DNA of 64,000 nucleotides from an uncultured Candidatus Saccharibacteria bacterium (GTDB lineage Bacteria; Patescibacteriota; Saccharimonadia; Saccharimonadales; CAZWFS01): NCBI GenBank assembly GCA_964633325.1, contig CAZWFS010000005.1, positions 3,313 to 67,312 of the forward strand, read 5' to 3'. Shown piece by piece: positions 63,919 to 64,000 of this stretch (position 1 is its first letter; each line of letters starts with the position of its first letter). The notes under the pieces were generated by a model. It saw only the letters and a program-made list of their open reading frames with translations, ran no database searches and was not told where the DNA came from. The position numbers and the translations under genes were made by a program.

Positions 63919-64000
63919 TTGTCATCCTTACCTTTTTTAATTTTATCGCGGCTTGAAGAGTGCATAGCCAACAACTCACGTAAGCTGCCAATATTCCTTT
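63915..64000 (-). CDS. C-terminal fragment of an unidentified upstream gene (runs off window end)
   Basis: Open frame ...RNIGSLRELLAMHSSSRDKIKKGKDDK ends in a TGA that overlaps the next ATG. Too short to identify. Confidence 0.3.
   Translation of the reverse strand, partial: RNIGSLRELLAMHSSSRDKIKKGKDDK

Noticed and set aside
1-64000. Alternative genetic code (UGA recoding, as in some CPR lineages), CRISPR arrays, transposases, integrases and prophage genes.
   Set aside because: All long conserved genes are intact under the standard code, and several genes end in UGA (for example gatA and the 132-aa ORF). I saw no spaced direct-repeat array and no mobile-element gene.

Overview
This is a gene-dense 64-kb housekeeping segment from a small-genome bacterium. 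I count about 66 CDS and 1 tRNA, almost all on the minus strand. I saw no rRNA, CRISPR array, transposase, integrase or phage gene.

Gene order on the minus strand, from high to low coordinates:
- gatC-gatA-(TM ORF)-gatB-galU, three small stress/membrane ORFs, dnaE
- CAP-domain protein and SpoU-type methyltransferase (both on +)
- pilB-like ATPase, rplS, rnhB, yraN, pepN (on +), nusA, clpC, radA
- class A PBP (on +), tyrS, two methyltransferases, rpiB, an EEP nuclease, recG
- a Zn-phospholipase-C-like protein, rsmD, tRNA-Leu(UAG), hisS, tig, clpP
- rpoB-rpoC-rpsL-rpsG-fusA-tuf-rpsJ-rplC...rpsN-rpsH (the str/S10/spc supercluster, running off the window start)

The standard code applies, since UGA is used as a stop. 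The gene content is compatible with a Patescibacteria/CPR organism such as Saccharibacteria. The supporting traits are GatCAB, a lone PilB, little metabolism, r-protein tails and roughly 50% GC, but this placement is inference only.

I did not find a self-contained novel system such as a defence-island or toxin-like architecture. The most unusual observations are:
1. Five non-ribosomal ORFs are wedged into the ribosomal supercluster, three of them with translational-coupling geometry.
2. Two near-consensus CIRCE (HrcA) operators lie over the clpP and clpC promoters.
3. A -10-like hexamer sits 6-8 nt from the ATG at seven first-in-operon genes, implying leaderless mRNAs.
4. A canonical intrinsic terminator lies inside the nusA leader.
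5. There are several orphan proteins: a Zn-PLC-like protein, an HExxH coiled-coil protein and a Cys-rich repeat protein.
6. There are unexplained noncoding elements: a 308-nt gap next to tRNA-Leu, an 85-nt strand-asymmetric inverted repeat and a 30-bp palindrome.

All family calls come from motif recognition by eye. No database search or folding program was run.
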